Below, in pieces: positions 62,571-64,000 of a stretch of DNA of 64,000 nucleotides. Origin of the DNA: Paraspadella gotoi (taxonomy: Eukaryota; Animalia; Chaetognatha); NCBI GenBank assembly GCA_051294375.1, contig CM119269.1, positions 11,452,883 through 11,516,882 on the forward strand, given 5' to 3'. Position numbers and translations under genes: made by a program. Below the pieces are notes generated by a model. That model was not told the DNA's origin. It did not search any database and saw only the letters and a list, made by a program, of their open reading frames with translations. How positions within the stretch are numbered: position 1 is the stretch's first letter; each line of letters begins with the position of its first letter.

Positions 62571-62939
62571 TCAATTGGACATGATCCCCCATCGCATTTG
62601 ACAACCTCCTTCACGATCGTCCGTATCGTCAACGTAATTCCCAGTCCACTCGTTCGTAGGCGCGCACATCGTACGACCAACTCGTCCGTCCCCGCACTGC
62701 TGAGCATCGCCATCCGCGCGCCATTCGAAGCAGAGGTCCAAGTTGCGCGTCCAGAGCGGCGTGGACGACTTGGCTCGAAGGCCCCAGCTCATCTTGCAGC
62801 CTCCTTCGCGGTCGTCAGTGTCGTCGCGATAGGGTTGAGTGAAGTGGTTGACCCGCGCGCAGAGTTGACGTCCGGTGCAGCCAGAGCCGCATTGAGCAAC
62901 GTCGCCGTCGGGGGCCCAGCGGAAGCAGATCTCAGTGTC
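62571..62939 (-). CDS. MACPF/perivitellin-2 67-kDa-like protein, last exon (two IMAD-like repeats)
   Basis: DTEICFRWAPDGDVAQCG...LCAR...YRDDTDDREGGCKMSWGL and LCFEWRADGDAQQCG...YVDDTDDREGGCQMRWGI*. Confidence 0.8.
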   Translation of the reverse strand, partial: DTEICFRWAPDGDVAQCGSGCTGRQLCARVNHFTQPYRDDTDDREGGCKMSWGLRAKSSTPLWTRNLDLCFEWRADGDAQQCGDGRVGRTMCAPTNEWTGNYVDDTDDREGGCQMRWGIMSN

Positions 62940-63176
62940 CTTTGGGAAAGGGTGGGAGAAAGGAAGGAGATTTGGTCAAGTTGCCTTGAAATATATTTTC
63001 AATAATTGTAATTTTTGTTAAAATACAATATTAATTTAATATTTAATCAACTTGAAAATTTACAAAACCTATTTAAACTTTGCCAAGTTAAAATAAGTAT
63101 TAAAGAACAAATTACCTATTAATTCGACTTAAATATTAAAAACTAGTTAAATTTAAACTTCCACATACAAACTTAC

Positions 63177-63500
63177 CTTAAACCACTTGGGCACCCACGA
63201 AGGAGCCTTCAGCCCCCAACTCAGCCGACATCCGCCATCACGTTCGTCAGTGTCGTCCAAGTAGAACTGAGTAAATCCGTCAATTCGCCGACAAATCTCC
63301 CTCCCGACGCCGGAGCCGCCGCACTGAGCTCTCTCCTCCTCCGGCTCCCACTTTTGACAGAGTTCGACTCGCCAGAACCAATCGGGAGCGAGGAGTTGCT
63401 CCTCGACGTCAGTGATGAGATTCTCAACTTCGGCGTGGACGGGAGATGGGTCGCCGATGTATTTATAGATTCGTTGGAGCATCGCTTCCATCTCGGGGAC
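63177..63500 (-). CDS. MACPF/perivitellin-2-67-like protein, penultimate exon
   Basis: AG/GTAAGT boundaries. VPEMEAML...LCQKWEP...QCG...YLDDTDERDGGCRLSWGL. Confidence 0.8.
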
Positions 63501-63560
63501 CTAAGATTGGATAAATTTAACCATTCAATTATTCATTAAATTTCATATTAAAATTAAAAC

Positions 63561-63789
63561 CTGCGCGTAACGTTGCATCTTTCCGTGAACCAACGCTGCG
63601 AGTGCACGGAGACGGGCCTTGTCCAAATGAACTTCGACGGCGCGTTGCATTGCGACCTTCTTGGCCTCGTTGCGGATGAGGGTCCATATGGGCGTGTATT
63701 GTCCGCCAATGACCCACGGGTAGGCGCGGACGGTAGGATGCCATCTTTCTATTCCGTTAGTGATCGAGTTTACGTCGCCGCCGTAATAT
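63561..63789 (-). CDS. MACPF/perivitellin-2-67-like protein, exon at the end of the MACPF-like domain
   Basis: YYGGDVN...WHPTVRAYPWVIGGQYTPIWTLI...KKVAMQRAVEVHL resembles the MACPF C-terminal YGG...W..TV...P.....L.PI motif. The gene continues beyond the window. Confidence 0.72.
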
Positions 63790-64000
63790 CTGAATTTTAT
63801 TTTTCGGGTTTTGAAAATCAATTTATTTAATCGTTTAAGTTTGATTTGAGAAATAAAACGTGTCAATGTGGATTAAAATCGTTTTAAATTTCGAGTTAGG
63901 GACAGTTAAGTTCGGGGTTCTAAAATTTGAAAAGAATGAATAATTGTTACGAGTTAGTGATAAAACCGTTCAATATTAATACCATGTTTAATCAACGTAG

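Overview
AT-rich, (AG)n-rich invertebrate animal genomic DNA from a noisy, gapped assembly; the taxon cannot be determined from the sequence. There are two host genes. One is a + strand cyclic nucleotide-gated channel beta-type subunit (10 exons from S3 to the stop, 28743-55199; S1-S2 exons not found). The other is the 3' end of a convergent - strand gene resembling MACPF/perivitellin-2-67 proteins, with three IMAD-like repeats (62571-63789). The rest is mostly mobile DNA: a full-length Ty3/gypsy element (9967-20103, tRNA-Leu PBS, ACAAG TSD, TA..CA ends, candidate antisense spliced gene), CsRn1-clade gag-pol and integrase fragments, Penelope-like elements with about 10 minimal hammerhead ribozyme motifs, Helentron/DINE-like elements carrying an 18-bp satellite, MITEs and a decayed LINE. 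The most striking observation is a ~650-bp non-coding miniature LTR element (28014-28666, 41651-42293). It has a PBS, a PPT and 4-bp TSDs, and its LTRs carry a tRNA-like Pol III head followed directly by a circularly permuted twister-ribozyme-like fold, making it a candidate animal 'tRNA-twister LTR retrozyme'. Also notable is a tandem array of duplicated splice-acceptor/micro-exon/donor cassettes in front of the channel's S4 exon. All folds and splice models were read by eye and are not computed.
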